From assembly GCA_964521735.1 (NCBI GenBank), contig CAZFTO010000002.1:56710-120709 (forward strand): a stretch of DNA of 64,000 bases, written 5' to 3'. The translations under genes were made by a program, and so were the position numbers. Numbering within the stretch: position 1 is the first letter of the stretch; every line of letters starts with the position of its first letter. Below the pieces are notes generated by a model, which saw nothing but the letters and a program-made list of their open reading frames with translations, was not told the origin of the DNA and did no database searches. Below, piece by piece: positions 28,503-38,137 of this stretch. The stretch is from an uncultured Oscillospiraceae bacterium. Its GTDB lineage: Bacteria; Bacillota; Clostridia; Christensenellales; CAG-314.

Positions 28503-30389
28503 ATGGATGCTAAAAAATTGCAAGAAATAAAGGCTCGTGCGGAAAAGGAATTGGCAAACCGCGCAGCTGGTAGTGGCGAAAACGGTGCCAAATATCAACG
28601 CCAAGTGTTGGTGTGCGGAGGAACCGGTTGCACGTCCGGCAATTCGCTTAAAATTTTGGACGAATTCAAAAAAGAAATTCAAGAAAACAATTTGCAAGAT
28701 TCCGTCAACTTGGTTATGACGGGTTGCTTTGGATTGTGCGCTTTGGGCCCCGTGGTCATCGTGTACCCAGAAGGTTCGTTCTATAGCAAGCTCACCGTCG
28801 ATCACGTTCACGACATAGTTGAACAACACCTTATCGGCGGCAAGGTGGTAACGGAATTGTTGTATTCCGAAACCGTCACCGAAGAAGGGGTAAAACCCTT
28901 GCAAGAAACGCCTTTCTATGCAAAACAACATCGTTTGGCTTTGCGTAACTGCGGCGTTATCAACCCCGAACACATCGAAGAATACATTGCTCGTGACGGC
29001 TACAAGGCGTTGGAAAAAGCATTGTCTTCTACCCCCGACGAAATTATCGACCTCATTATGCGTTCCGGTTTGCGTGGACGTGGTGGCGCAGGATTTTTGA
29101 CGGGAAGAAAATGGAAGTTCACCCAACAAGCCAAAGGCGACCAAAAATACGTTTGCTGCAACGCCGACGAAGGCGACCCCGGCGCATTCATGGATCGTTC
29201 CGTTTTGGAAGGCGACCCGCACGCAGTTATCGAAGCAATGACCATTGCCGCATACTGCGTTGGCGCAACGCAAGGATACGTCTACGTTCGCGCAGAATAT
29301 CCCATTGCCGTTCAACGTTTGCAAATTGCCATCAATCAAGCAAAAGAATATGGATTCTTGGGTAACAACATTTTCGGCAAAGATTTCTCGTTCGATCTTG
29401 AAATTCGTTTGGGCGCAGGCGCATTCGTTTGCGGCGAAGAAACGGCTCTTATGACCAGCATCGAAGGACACCGCGGCGAACCTCGTCCTCGTCCTCCCTT
29501 CCCCGCAGTAAAAGGTTTGTTTGGCAAACCCACGTTGCTTAACAACGTCGAAACCTACGCAAACGTTCCTCAAATTGTTTTGAACGGAGCAGAATGGTAT
29601 TCTTCCATTGGCACCGAAACCAGCAAGGGCACAAAGGTTTTTGCTCTTGGCGGCAAAATTCACAACACCGGCTTGGTGGAAGTTCCCATGGGCACCACTT
29701 TGAAAGAAATCATCTACGATATCGGTGGCGGCGTTCCCAACGGCAAAAAGTTTAAGGCAGCTCAAACGGGCGGTCCCAGCGGTGGATGTATTCCTGCAGA
29801 ATTGCAAGATATTCCCATGGACTACGAAAAACTCACCTCTATCGGTTCCATGATGGGCAGCGGCGGACTTATCGTTTTGGATGAAGACAACTGCATGGTA
29901 GACATTGCAAAATTCTATTTGCAATTCACCGTGGACGAATCCTGCGGCAAGTGCACTCCGTGCAGAATCGGCGTAAAGCGTTTGTACGAAATGCTTTGCA
30001 AAGTTACCGAAGGCAAAGCCACTTTGGAAGATTTGGATAAGATGGAAGAGTTGTGCTACTACATCAAAGACAACGCTCTTTGCGGTTTGGGACAATCTGC
30101 CCCCAACCCCGTGTTGTCCACACTCAAATATTTCCGCAGCGAATACGAAGCGCACATTGTGGACAAAGTTTGTCCGGCAGGCGTTTGCAAATCGCTCATT
30201 CAATATCAAATCGATCCCACAAAATGTATTGGTTGCACCCTTTGCGCACGCAACTGTTCTGCCGGCGCAATCAAGGGCACGCTAAAACAACCGCACAAAA
30301 TCGACACTCAATTGTGTGTGAAGTGCGGCGTATGCGAATCTAAGTGCAGATTCAAGGCTATTCACAAGGTAGGTGGCAAACATGATTAA
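28503..30389 (+). CDS. hydB: NuoF/HydB-like NAD(P)H-binding flavoprotein subunit of a multimeric [FeFe]-hydrogenase
   Basis: N-terminal 2Fe-2S domain, GRGGAGFLTGRKW (FMN/NADH site), ESCGKCTPCR (4Fe-4S), and a C-terminal 2x[4Fe-4S] ferredoxin domain (CIGCTLCARNC, CVKCGVCESKC). Confidence 0.9.
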   Translation: MDAKKLQEIKARAEKELANRAAGSGENGAKYQRQVLVCGGTGCTSGNSLKILDEFKKEIQENNLQDSVNLVMTGCFGLCALGPVVIVYPEGSFYSKLTVDHVHDIVEQHLIGGKVVTELLYSETVTEEGVKPLQETPFYAKQHRLALRNCGVINPEHIEEYIARDGYKALEKALSSTPDEIIDLIMRSGLRGRGGAGFLTGRKWKFTQQAKGDQKYVCCNADEGDPGAFMDRSVLEGDPHAVIEAMTIAAYCVGATQGYVYVRAEYPIAVQRLQIAINQAKEYGFLGNNIFGKDFSFDLEIRLGAGAFVCGEETALMTSIEGHRGEPRPRPPFPAVKGLFGKPTLLNNVETYANVPQIVLNGAEWYSSIGTETSKGTKVFALGGKIHNTGLVEVPMGTTLKEIIYDIGGGVPNGKKFKAAQTGGPSGGCIPAELQDIPMDYEKLTSIGSMMGSGGLIVLDEDNCMVDIAKFYLQFTVDESCGKCTPCRIGVKRLYEMLCKVTEGKATLEDLDKMEELCYYIKDNALCGLGQSAPNPVLSTLKYFRSEYEAHIVDKVCPAGVCKSLIQYQIDPTKCIGCTLCARNCSAGAIKGTLKQPHKIDTQLCVKCGVCESKCRFKAIHKVGGKHD

Positions 30390-32121
30390 TCTAAAAATTA
30401 ACGATATCCCCGTAAGCGTAAAAGAGGGAAGCACCCTTTTGGAAGCAGCACGTAGCATCGGCATCAAAATTCCCACGTTGTGCCACATGAAAGAACTTAG
30501 CGAACTGGGCGCATGCCGTGTTTGCGTGGTAGAAGTTAAGGGAATGCGCACTTTGGTTGCTGCCTGCGAATATCCTGCAAGCGAAGGCATGGAAGTGTAT
30601 ACAAACACTCAACGTGTTTTCAACGCTCGCAAAACCACCATCGAACTTATTTTGTCCGACCACCGCAAAGACTGCTTGTCTTGCGAACGCAACACAAACT
30701 GCGAATTGCAACGCTTGGCATATAAGTATAGTTGCGATAGCAGCCGTTTTGCCGGACAACCTCGCGAATTTGTATACGACGATTCCACCGACTATCTTGT
30801 TCGCGATAACAGCAAGTGCATTTTGTGCCGCAGATGTATCGCCGTTTGCAAAAAGGTGCAAGGTGTTGGCGTTATCGGCGCAAACGAACGTGGTTTCAAC
30901 ACTCACGTTGCTAGCCCCTTCAATATGCAACTCAAAAACACCATGTGTGTTGGTTGCGGACAATGCATCACCGTTTGCCCCACTGGCGCTTTGACGGAAA
31001 AGAACGAAATCGACCGCATTTTAGCGGCATTGAACGATCCCGAAAAGCACGTTGTTGTTGGCACTGCTCCGGCAGTACGTGCCGCTCTTGCAGAAGAATT
31101 CGACGTTCCCGTCGGAACCAACTGCCAAGGCAAAATCAACACAGCTTTGAGATATTTGGGCTTCAACAAAGTGTTTGACGTAAACTGCTCGGCCGACTTC
31201 ACCATTATGGAAGAAGCCAACGAATTGGTTGAACGCATTCAGAACGGCGGCAAACTGCCCATGTTCACCAGCTGCTGCCCCGGATGGATCAACTATTGCG
31301 AACGCAACTATCCCGATTTGTTGCCCAACCTTTCTTCTTGCAAATCTCCGCAACAAATGTTTGGCGCACTTGTTAAAAACGTTTATGCTAAGCGCGCAGG
31401 CATCGACCCGGCAAACGTGTTTGTTGTAACCGTTATGCCCTGCACGGCAAAGAAAGGCGAAAAGCAACGTACCGTTACCAACGGACTTGTGGACGTAGAT
31501 GCAGTTTTGACCACTCGCGAATTGGCACACTTGCTTAAAGGAAACGGCATTTTATTGCCCGATCTTCCCGATGGCGAAACAGATAGTCCCTTTGGCGAAT
31601 ATTCTGGCGCAGGCGTCATTTTCGGCGCAACCGGCGGCGTTATGGAAGCTGCTTTGCGCACAGCCGTTAGCATTTTGAACCCCGACGAAAAATTCTCTAA
31701 GTTGGAATTTGATGAAGTTCGTGGTTTGGAAGGCGTAAAAGAAGCAAGCTACACAATCAACGGTTTGAACGTTAAAGTTGCCGTAGTAAACGGATTGAAC
31801 AACGCAAAGGCTTTGTGCGACAAAATCCGCAACGGCGAAGCAGATTATCAATTTGTTGAAGTTATGACTTGCCCCGGCGGATGCGTTATGGGCGGCGGAC
31901 AACCCATAAAGGCAACCTTTGTTAAGCACAAAAACGAAGTTGCAAAAGCTCGCGCAGAAGTTTTGTACACAACGGATAAGGCAATGACCAACCGTCGCAG
32001 CCACAAAAACATTTCTGTTAACGAAGTTTACGCAACGGATATCGGCACGCCCAACGGCCACGCCGCTCATGAAATGTTGCACACGTCCTACGAAGCAAAA
32101 CCTCGCTACGTAAAGGAATAG
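30382..32121 (+). CDS. hydA: [FeFe]-hydrogenase catalytic subunit (HydA/HndD-like)
   Basis: N-terminal ferredoxin-like domains and the three H-cluster motifs TSCCPGW, MPCTAKKGE and EVMTCPGGCVMGGGQP. The ATG overlaps the hydB stop. Confidence 0.9.
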   Translation: MINLKINDIPVSVKEGSTLLEAARSIGIKIPTLCHMKELSELGACRVCVVEVKGMRTLVAACEYPASEGMEVYTNTQRVFNARKTTIELILSDHRKDCLSCERNTNCELQRLAYKYSCDSSRFAGQPREFVYDDSTDYLVRDNSKCILCRRCIAVCKKVQGVGVIGANERGFNTHVASPFNMQLKNTMCVGCGQCITVCPTGALTEKNEIDRILAALNDPEKHVVVGTAPAVRAALAEEFDVPVGTNCQGKINTALRYLGFNKVFDVNCSADFTIMEEANELVERIQNGGKLPMFTSCCPGWINYCERNYPDLLPNLSSCKSPQQMFGALVKNVYAKRAGIDPANVFVVTVMPCTAKKGEKQRTVTNGLVDVDAVLTTRELAHLLKGNGILLPDLPDGETDSPFGEYSGAGVIFGATGGVMEAALRTAVSILNPDEKFSKLEFDEVRGLEGVKEASYTINGLNVKVAVVNGLNNAKALCDKIRNGEADYQFVEVMTCPGGCVMGGGQPIKATFVKHKNEVAKARAEVLYTTDKAMTNRRSHKNISVNEVYATDIGTPNGHAAHEMLHTSYEAKPRYVKE

Positions 32122-32159
32122 TTGCCTTTCAAAATATTTGCAGTTTTTGCAAAAACGTA

Positions 32160-32188
32160 TTGCAAATATAAAAATTTTGATATAAAAT
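32160..32188 (+). promoter_or_regulatory. Candidate sigma-A promoter
   Basis: TTGCAA, 17 nt, TAAAAT, located between hydA and the small P-loop gene. Confidence 0.45.
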
Positions 32189-32231
32189 ATATGGCAAGTA
32201 GAACTACTTACTAAATTTGGAGGATACCACA

Positions 32232-32642
32232 TTGATACAAGTTATTTTCGGCGAAAAAGGATCTGGAAAAACCAAACAAATAGTTGCGTTAGCAAACAGT
32301 GCAGCGCAAATTGCAAACGGCGTTGTTGTTTATATCGACCGTTCCAACAACCGCATGCACGACCTCAACAGAAACGTTCGTTTGGTGGATGCTTCTCACT
32401 ATGGCCTCACCAGTCAACACGACATTCTTTCCTTCATCAAGGGAATGCTCGCCGCTAACTTCGATATCGAACAAGTTTTTATCGACGGAATTTCTCGTTT
32501 GCTCGATTGCAACGTGGCCGAACTAGAAGTTTTGTATGACGGATTGGATAAAATTGCTACGGAACACAACGTTAAGTTTATCATTACGGCAAGTGCCGCA
32601 AAGGAAAACCTGCCTCCGTTCATTGCCAAACACGTTAAGTAG
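32232..32642 (+). CDS. Small P-loop NTPase-like protein of unknown function (about 136 aa)
   Basis: Walker A GEKGSGKT near the N-terminus and a Walker-B-like hhhhD (QVFIDG). GGAGGA lies 8 nt before TTG 32232. The track's start at 32217 overlaps the SD. Confidence 0.6.
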   Translation: MIQVIFGEKGSGKTKQIVALANSAAQIANGVVVYIDRSNNRMHDLNRNVRLVDASHYGLTSQHDILSFIKGMLAANFDIEQVFIDGISRLLDCNVAELEVLYDGLDKIATEHNVKFIITASAAKENLPPFIAKHVK

Positions 32643-33048
32643 TTAGTAAAACAAAAAATCACAAAAGCGTTTTGCGTTGCGAGTTGTCGCAATGCAAGGC
32701 GCTTTTTGCGTTTTTGCGCGAACGGTTTTGTCTGTGACGGAAAAAGCAAAACGTCAGCAAACTATTGAAAAAACGTCAATCGGCAATGGCGCCCGAAACA
32801 CAAAACAGAAAGCAAAAAGAAAAGGTCTTGTTGCCCAAAATTGCTGTCAGACCAAGGAAGCAGAGTAAAAGTTTTCTGCGGCAATTTCAAAAAGCAATGG
32901 TGCCAAGGTGTAAAGCAACAAGACGTTTTCTGCATTAGTTTTGCATGGCAGTGTTGCGGTTTTGTTATCCAAGTGCCATGGAGGCACAAACAAACAATGC
33001 CATTTTGCGCAAAAAACGCCAAATAACGTGCTTTTGCTCAATGGGCAG

Positions 33049-33077
33049 TTGGCACAAACGCTTTTTAGTGGTATAAT
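33049..33077 (+). promoter_or_regulatory. Candidate sigma-A promoter abutting the MBL hydrolase start
   Basis: TTGGCA, 17 nt, TGgTATAAT (extended -10). The -10 ends 1 nt before ATG 33078 and 10 nt before ATG 33087. Confidence 0.5.
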
Positions 33078-33086
33078 ATGTGCACT

Positions 33087-33854
33087 ATGATAAAACTCAC
33101 TCCGCTGTTTTCTGGAAGTTCCGGCAACAGCACGCTAATTCAAACGCCGAGCACCAACGTGTTGCTGGATGCTGGCTATGGCTATAAGGCCACCGTTGCA
33201 CGCCTTGCGTTGTGCGGGGTTTCCGTCAAAGATATTTCCGCATTTATCATAACGCACGAGCACAGCGATCACGTTTCGGCGCTAAAAACTTTTGCAAAAC
33301 ACACCGATGCACCCGTGTTTGTTCCACAAAAAGCCGCAAACTACGTAATTCAAACGTGCTATTGCACCAATGTTCAACCCATTTGCGACAGTTTTGATAT
33401 TGCCGATTTGCACGTGGACGTCTACCAATGTTCGCACGATGCGCGCGATTGTTTCGGTTATCGTTTCACTTGTGGCGATAGCGTTGGTTGCGTCACCGAT
33501 ACCGGCGTGGTGGACGAAAAACTTATTTCCTTTCTTGCGCCTTGCAAAACCGTGTTTTTGGAAAGCAACCACGACGTGGAAATGCTGTGGCACGGGCCCT
33601 ACCCCTACGTGCTGAAAAGGCGTGTTGCTTCGGCGCTAGGGCACCTATCCAACGCGCAGGCAGCGGAAGTTTTGGATAAACTTGTCGGCCACAATCTAAA
33701 AAACGTGGTGCTTGCGCACCTATCTCGACAAAACAACGACAAACAAATTGCTTACGATACGGCCGTTGCCGTGCTGCAAAAACACGGACTTGTGGTTGGC
33801 AAAGACGTTAGCGTTATTGTTGCCGATCAATTCCAAAACGAGGTTACACTATGA
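33087..33854 (+). CDS. MBL-fold metallo-hydrolase
   Basis: ITHEHSDH (HxHxDH) motif and an MIKLTPLFSGSSGNS start typical of the YycJ/VicX-like branch. An alternative start is ATG 33078. Confidence 0.8.
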   Translation: MIKLTPLFSGSSGNSTLIQTPSTNVLLDAGYGYKATVARLALCGVSVKDISAFIITHEHSDHVSALKTFAKHTDAPVFVPQKAANYVIQTCYCTNVQPICDSFDIADLHVDVYQCSHDARDCFGYRFTCGDSVGCVTDTGVVDEKLISFLAPCKTVFLESNHDVEMLWHGPYPYVLKRRVASALGHLSNAQAAEVLDKLVGHNLKNVVLAHLSRQNNDKQIAYDTAVAVLQKHGLVVGKDVSVIVADQFQNEVTL

Positions 33855-34720
33855 AATTGCGCTACAACAAAAATGATTTGGGCAAAAGTTTTGCGCTTGC
33901 CGTACTTATGATGCTTGTTGGCAGTTTTGTGCTTTCTGCGCTGTTTGGCGGCAATAACGATGACCTTTCTTTTTGGATAATGCAAGGGCTGTATCAGTTG
34001 TTCATTTGTTCGGCGGCGTTTATCTATGCGGTGCTTTCCAAAACTCGGGTTGCCTCGGCCACGGCAATGAGCGTAAAACCTAATTTTGCGCACGTTGGTT
34101 GGGGGTGTCTTATCACGGCGTTTTTGGCCTGCATTTCCTTGCCCGTCAACGATTGGTTTGTTCAGCTAATTGTGGAACTTGGTTTTTCCGAGCCGTCGGT
34201 GGAAATGCCCATGCAGGCGTTGCCAATGGTGCTTGTTGCTTGCATAATGCCTTCCTTTTGCGAAGAAGTCGTGTTCCGCGGCACAATTTCCCGTTCGATG
34301 GAAAGTTGCCCACAAAAGTGGAAAAGCTTGGTTGTGTGCGGAGCGTTGTTCGCGGTGTTTCACCTAAACGCTGCTCAAACCCTGCATCAATTTGTGCTGG
34401 GCATGGTGCTAACGTTGTTGGTTTTTCGCAGTGGCAGCTTGTGGACGGCAGCCATCGTGCACTTGTTCAACAATCTTTTGGCGGTTTTGCTTTCCTTCAT
34501 GGTGCAAAATGCGCAAATATTCACTGACCTGTGGTACGTTTTTGTTCCCGTTGGCGCGGTTGGCTTTGCGCTTAGTCTTTGGGGATATTGCAAAACAACA
34601 AAGAGTCAATGGCACGTGTGGCAAGACGAAGAACCGCGCGACGTGGCCTCGGTGGCGCTTTTAGTCGTTTCCGTTTTGGCATGCGTTGCGTTGTGGATAT
34701 TAAATTTGGTGGTGGCATGA
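33851..34720 (+). CDS. CPBP (CAAX) family intramembrane glutamic endopeptidase
   Basis: EEVVFRG, FAVFH and HLFNN motifs within a polytopic membrane protein. ATGA overlap with the upstream gene. Confidence 0.85.
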   Translation: MKLRYNKNDLGKSFALAVLMMLVGSFVLSALFGGNNDDLSFWIMQGLYQLFICSAAFIYAVLSKTRVASATAMSVKPNFAHVGWGCLITAFLACISLPVNDWFVQLIVELGFSEPSVEMPMQALPMVLVACIMPSFCEEVVFRGTISRSMESCPQKWKSLVVCGALFAVFHLNAAQTLHQFVLGMVLTLLVFRSGSLWTAAIVHLFNNLLAVLLSFMVQNAQIFTDLWYVFVPVGAVGFALSLWGYCKTTKSQWHVWQDEEPRDVASVALLVVSVLACVALWILNLVVA

Positions 34721-35187
34721 ACTATAAAATTGTTGCAGTCGGCAAAATAAAAGAAAAATTCTTTCGTGATGCTATCGAAGAATATGCAAAACGCCTTTCG
34801 CGCTTTGGCAACTTGCAAATAGTGGAAGTGGATGAGCATACTTTTTGCGGCGTTCCCAACGCTAGGGAAGTGGAAAAAATAATTTCCGCCGAAGGCAAAA
34901 GCATTTTGAGCAAGGTGGAAGGTTGTTTGATTGCGCTGGATATCGGCGGACAGGAACTTTCCAGCGAGCAGCTTGCCGAAAAAATGGAAAAGTTTATGCA
35001 AAGCTATTCCACAATCACTTTCGTCATCGGTGGCAGCTACGGCTTATCCGACGAGGTAAAACGTTCGGCGCAATTGCGTTTGTCTTTTGGAAAAATAACT
35101 TTGCCACATCAACTTTGCAGAGTTGTGCTGTGCGAACAGGTTTATCGCGCGTGCACTATTCGCAACAACGTTCCGTATCACAAGTGA
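34717..35187 (+). CDS. rlmH: 23S rRNA (pseudouridine1915-N3)-methyltransferase RlmH
   Basis: About 156 aa SPOUT protein (MNYKIVAVGKIKEKF...FVIGGSYGL...LSFGKITLPHQL). ATGA overlap with the upstream gene. Confidence 0.9.
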   Translation: MNYKIVAVGKIKEKFFRDAIEEYAKRLSRFGNLQIVEVDEHTFCGVPNAREVEKIISAEGKSILSKVEGCLIALDIGGQELSSEQLAEKMEKFMQSYSTITFVIGGSYGLSDEVKRSAQLRLSFGKITLPHQLCRVVLCEQVYRACTIRNNVPYHK

Positions 35188-35188
35188 T

Positions 35189-35216
35189 TTGACAAATTGC
35201 GTACTTGTGGTACAAT
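35189..35216 (+). promoter_or_regulatory. Candidate sigma-A promoter
   Basis: TTGACA, 16 nt, TGgTACAAT. It starts just after the rlmH stop and lies about 65 nt upstream of ATG 35282. Confidence 0.5.
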
Positions 35217-35281
35217 AGTTTCGTTGCACCTAGCAACACGCCCCAAAATTGAGGCATAAAATACAAAAAGGGTAAATTTTT

Positions 35282-36922
35282 ATGGATACGGTACTAACTT
35301 CTACGGTTTTATGGCAAGATTTTCACCCCGAAGCGGAGGCTTTGGACGTAAACGTGCTACGAACGGAAGAATTTGACGGAATAGTTGTTAAAACGGTGTA
35401 TTTCACCGGCCGACAAGTTGCCGATGGCAAAACTCGTGTTTTGGCAAAAGTGGCTTGCAAAACGGGCAAATCCGCCAAACCGGCAGTGTTGCTGGTGGAT
35501 AACTACAAAAAGCCTATCGACGTGGAAGAACTAAAATTTTGGGCAAACAACGGTTTTGTGGCAATGGCAATCGATTTTGCTGGTCGCACAACAAAAGGCC
35601 CGGCAACACTTTATCCGTCGTCGTTGGATTATTGCAACAGTGACGTTGCAAAAAGCTATTTCTACGTGTCCAACAGTGCAAAAAACACAAAAATATACGA
35701 ATACGCACTCAACTGTATGCGCGCAATAACCTACCTGTTGCAGGAAGAAAACGCAAAGGGCGTTTCCGTTATCACCGCCAAAAAGGGCACGGCAGTGGGA
35801 GTAATCGTGCTAAGTGTCGATCAGCGCATTTCCAACGGGGCGGTTGTTTTCGGCAGTTTGTATCGCGAATTTCCGCCCTACGACAGCGACGAAGAAGAAC
35901 CGGACGAAATGTCGGAAGAAGCGTTGCAAAAACGCTTGGACTACGAACAAACTCGTCAAGTTTGGACGGCCGGCATTGCTCCCCAAAGTTATGCAATGCA
36001 AATAAAGGTTCCCGTCTATCTTATTGCTTCGGCCAACAGCCCCTACGTCAGTTCGGAACATTCCAACAAAATGTACTATCGCCTTAACGATAACAGCAGA
36101 ATGTTGCTGTTGCCGCTAACAATCGATTATCTTTCCGACGAACATGCGCAATGTTTGGTTAAGTGGTGCAAAGGCACAACGGTGGAAGAAAACGCCGAAG
36201 TGCTACCATATTCCGATGCCAGTGGCGACAATTTTGTCAAGGTAAAAACGTCGTTGCCACATTCCAAAATTGATTTGTGGTATTCGCGCAATGCCGAAAG
36301 CAGTTGTCGAAATTGGGTAAAGGCTCCTCTCAAAAAGACCGAAGATGGCTTCATTGCCGAATTGGACGTCTACACGCAAACGGATAGTTTGGTTGCGTTT
36401 GCGTTTGTCAAAGGACAAATAGATATCACCACGGCGTTGTGCGAAGTAAATTGCGCGCACCCTGGCAAGGTTAAAATTCCCACAAGAATTTTGTTTGCTT
36501 GCAATGGCGATGGCAACCTTGTTTCCATTCGGCGTGGCGGCGGCTGGCACGGCCAAAAGCACGACGTTGAATATTGCAAGGGCTATTTGGATATCTACGG
36601 CGCAAAGGGCACCGGCATGGCAACCTTTGCCGTAAACGATTTTGCCGTTAAGCACGGCGATGGTTTCACCGTTAGTTTCGATGTGTGTTGCAACGTTCAA
36701 CAAACGCTAAAAGCTTTTGTAATGACAAAATTTGGCAAAGAAAACGTCGAATACGTGCAAGAAACGCACCTTATTGGCGACGGAACGTGGCAACGCATAA
36801 CGCTGGAAGGTTGCAACTTTCACTCGGCCGATGGCAAGCAAATGCCGGAAGATACCACCGTGGAAATGTTTGCAGTTGTTGCCGACGAAGAATTTTTGAT
36901 AAACAACTTGTTTTTGGTATGA
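35282..36922 (+). CDS. Hypothetical protein (546 aa), N-terminal part vaguely alpha/beta-hydrolase/acetyl-xylan-esterase-like
   Basis: Long ORF with coding-like composition and an AAGGG SD. I saw no GxSxG nucleophile motif. Its stop overlaps the next start. Confidence 0.7.
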   Translation: MDTVLTSTVLWQDFHPEAEALDVNVLRTEEFDGIVVKTVYFTGRQVADGKTRVLAKVACKTGKSAKPAVLLVDNYKKPIDVEELKFWANNGFVAMAIDFAGRTTKGPATLYPSSLDYCNSDVAKSYFYVSNSAKNTKIYEYALNCMRAITYLLQEENAKGVSVITAKKGTAVGVIVLSVDQRISNGAVVFGSLYREFPPYDSDEEEPDEMSEEALQKRLDYEQTRQVWTAGIAPQSYAMQIKVPVYLIASANSPYVSSEHSNKMYYRLNDNSRMLLLPLTIDYLSDEHAQCLVKWCKGTTVEENAEVLPYSDASGDNFVKVKTSLPHSKIDLWYSRNAESSCRNWVKAPLKKTEDGFIAELDVYTQTDSLVAFAFVKGQIDITTALCEVNCAHPGKVKIPTRILFACNGDGNLVSIRRGGGWHGQKHDVEYCKGYLDIYGAKGTGMATFAVNDFAVKHGDGFTVSFDVCCNVQQTLKAFVMTKFGKENVEYVQETHLIGDGTWQRITLEGCNFHSADGKQMPEDTTVEMFAVVADEEFLINNLFLV

Positions 36923-37095
36923 TAACTTTCAAACAGGGCGACACTGTTATCACAAAAAAACCGCATGCGTGCGGTTGCAATCGCTGGGTGGTTGTGCGCG
37001 TTGGCGCCGACTACAAAATTCAATGCGCTTCCTGCGGAAGAGTAGTGCTTTTGGAAAGCGAAAAATTTCACAAGGCGGTTAAAAAGGTTGACTAA
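36919..37095 (+). CDS. DUF951 family small zinc-ribbon protein
   Basis: 58 aa with KKPHACGCNRW ... CASCGR (CxC...CxxC). ATGA overlap with the upstream stop. Confidence 0.7.
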   Translation: MITFKQGDTVITKKPHACGCNRWVVVRVGADYKIQCASCGRVVLLESEKFHKAVKKVD

Positions 37096-37894
37096 CGACG
37101 AACAAAACAACGAGCAAAATTCGCTTGTAGACCAAACGGAACAACAAAACACGGCGGACTTGGAACAGCAAAACGCACTCGGCACGGCACAACAATTGCC
37201 CGATGCGCTTGCACCTTCGGACGTTTTGACGGAAGAAGACCCCGTTTTGTTGCGCCGCAAAAAAAGATTGGATAAAGCGCTTACGGCGCTGCTTATTGCG
37301 CTAGTTGTGTTGCTGGCGCTAAGCTTGGTTTTGCGCTTTTTCGTTGGTTGCCGAATAAGTGTTCAGGGCGAATCTATGGAACCCAACTTCCACAGCGGCG
37401 ACAGCGTGTGGATAAACAAACAAAAGCAAATTTCTCGCGGCGACGTGGTTGTGCTCTACAAACATCAGCTAACTTCAACGCAAAAAATTTTGGCGGAGTT
37501 CAGCGTGGGAAAAGAGGCACAATCAGGCGGCGCGTACGAAAAACTTATCAAACGTATTGTGGCCCTTGCCGGTGACAAAATTTGGACGGAGCCGCAAGGG
37601 GAAGGAGTGGTGCTGGTTATAAAAACCGCCGATGGTCAAATTTTGCGCGAAAACTACTACACAAACGGTGGTGAACAGGCATTGTTCTTTCAAGAAAACG
37701 GCCAAAAGGGCGCAATTCCCTACCTTCGCAACACTCATTTGGGCAATTTGCAAGGTTGCGTTTCGGAACAAACGGCCTTTGTTGTGCCTAGTGGCTGTTT
37801 CTATTTTTTGGGAGACAATCGCAACAACAGCACCGATTCGCGTACACTTGGCGCGCTGCCGGTGGAAAACGTCTACGGCGTGGTGGAGTTGTAG
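37088..37894 (+). CDS. lepB: Signal peptidase I with a long acidic/Gln-rich N-terminal extension
   Basis: GESMEPN (catalytic Ser), KRIVALAGD (Lys) and GDNRNNSTDSR boxes. There is no in-frame ATG before the TM segment, so the start is non-ATG. I assumed TTG 37088; downstream TTG/GTG codons are also possible. Confidence 0.8.
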   Translation: MTNDEQNNEQNSLVDQTEQQNTADLEQQNALGTAQQLPDALAPSDVLTEEDPVLLRRKKRLDKALTALLIALVVLLALSLVLRFFVGCRISVQGESMEPNFHSGDSVWINKQKQISRGDVVVLYKHQLTSTQKILAEFSVGKEAQSGGAYEKLIKRIVALAGDKIWTEPQGEGVVLVIKTADGQILRENYYTNGGEQALFFQENGQKGAIPYLRNTHLGNLQGCVSEQTAFVVPSGCFYFLGDNRNNSTDSRTLGALPVENVYGVVEL

Positions 37895-38023
37895 CGAAGT
37901 TTTGCTTTGCAGATTGTTTTTTGCGGAAATTTTCGTTTTTTTTGCAAACAAAAATTTTTCATTTTACAAAACGAATCAATTTTCGCTTCAATAAGAAAAT
38001 TTTTCAAACTGAATAAATCTAAA

Positions 38024-38049
38024 GTTCGGCGTTTCGCCGAACTTTTTTT
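38024..38049 (+). terminator. Rho-independent terminator
   Basis: GTTCGGCG-TTT-CGCCGAAC perfect 8-bp stem followed by TTTTTTT. Confidence 0.8.
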
Positions 38050-38137
38050 ATGCAAAAATTTTTGGTGCGGAGCATGCAAAAGTTTCAACAATAATTTTGC
38101 AAGTATAAAAATATTTTTATTTGCAAAACTTTATATT

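Noticed and set aside
28302-30209. 635-aa minus-strand ORF antisense to nearly all of hydB.
   Set aside because: This is a shadow ORF. hydB on the + strand has unmistakable NuoF/ferredoxin motifs. The antisense product is low-complexity (rich in F/A/N/V/G) and has no SD. The genome's codon usage avoids TTA/CTA/TCA, which removes stops from the antisense frame.
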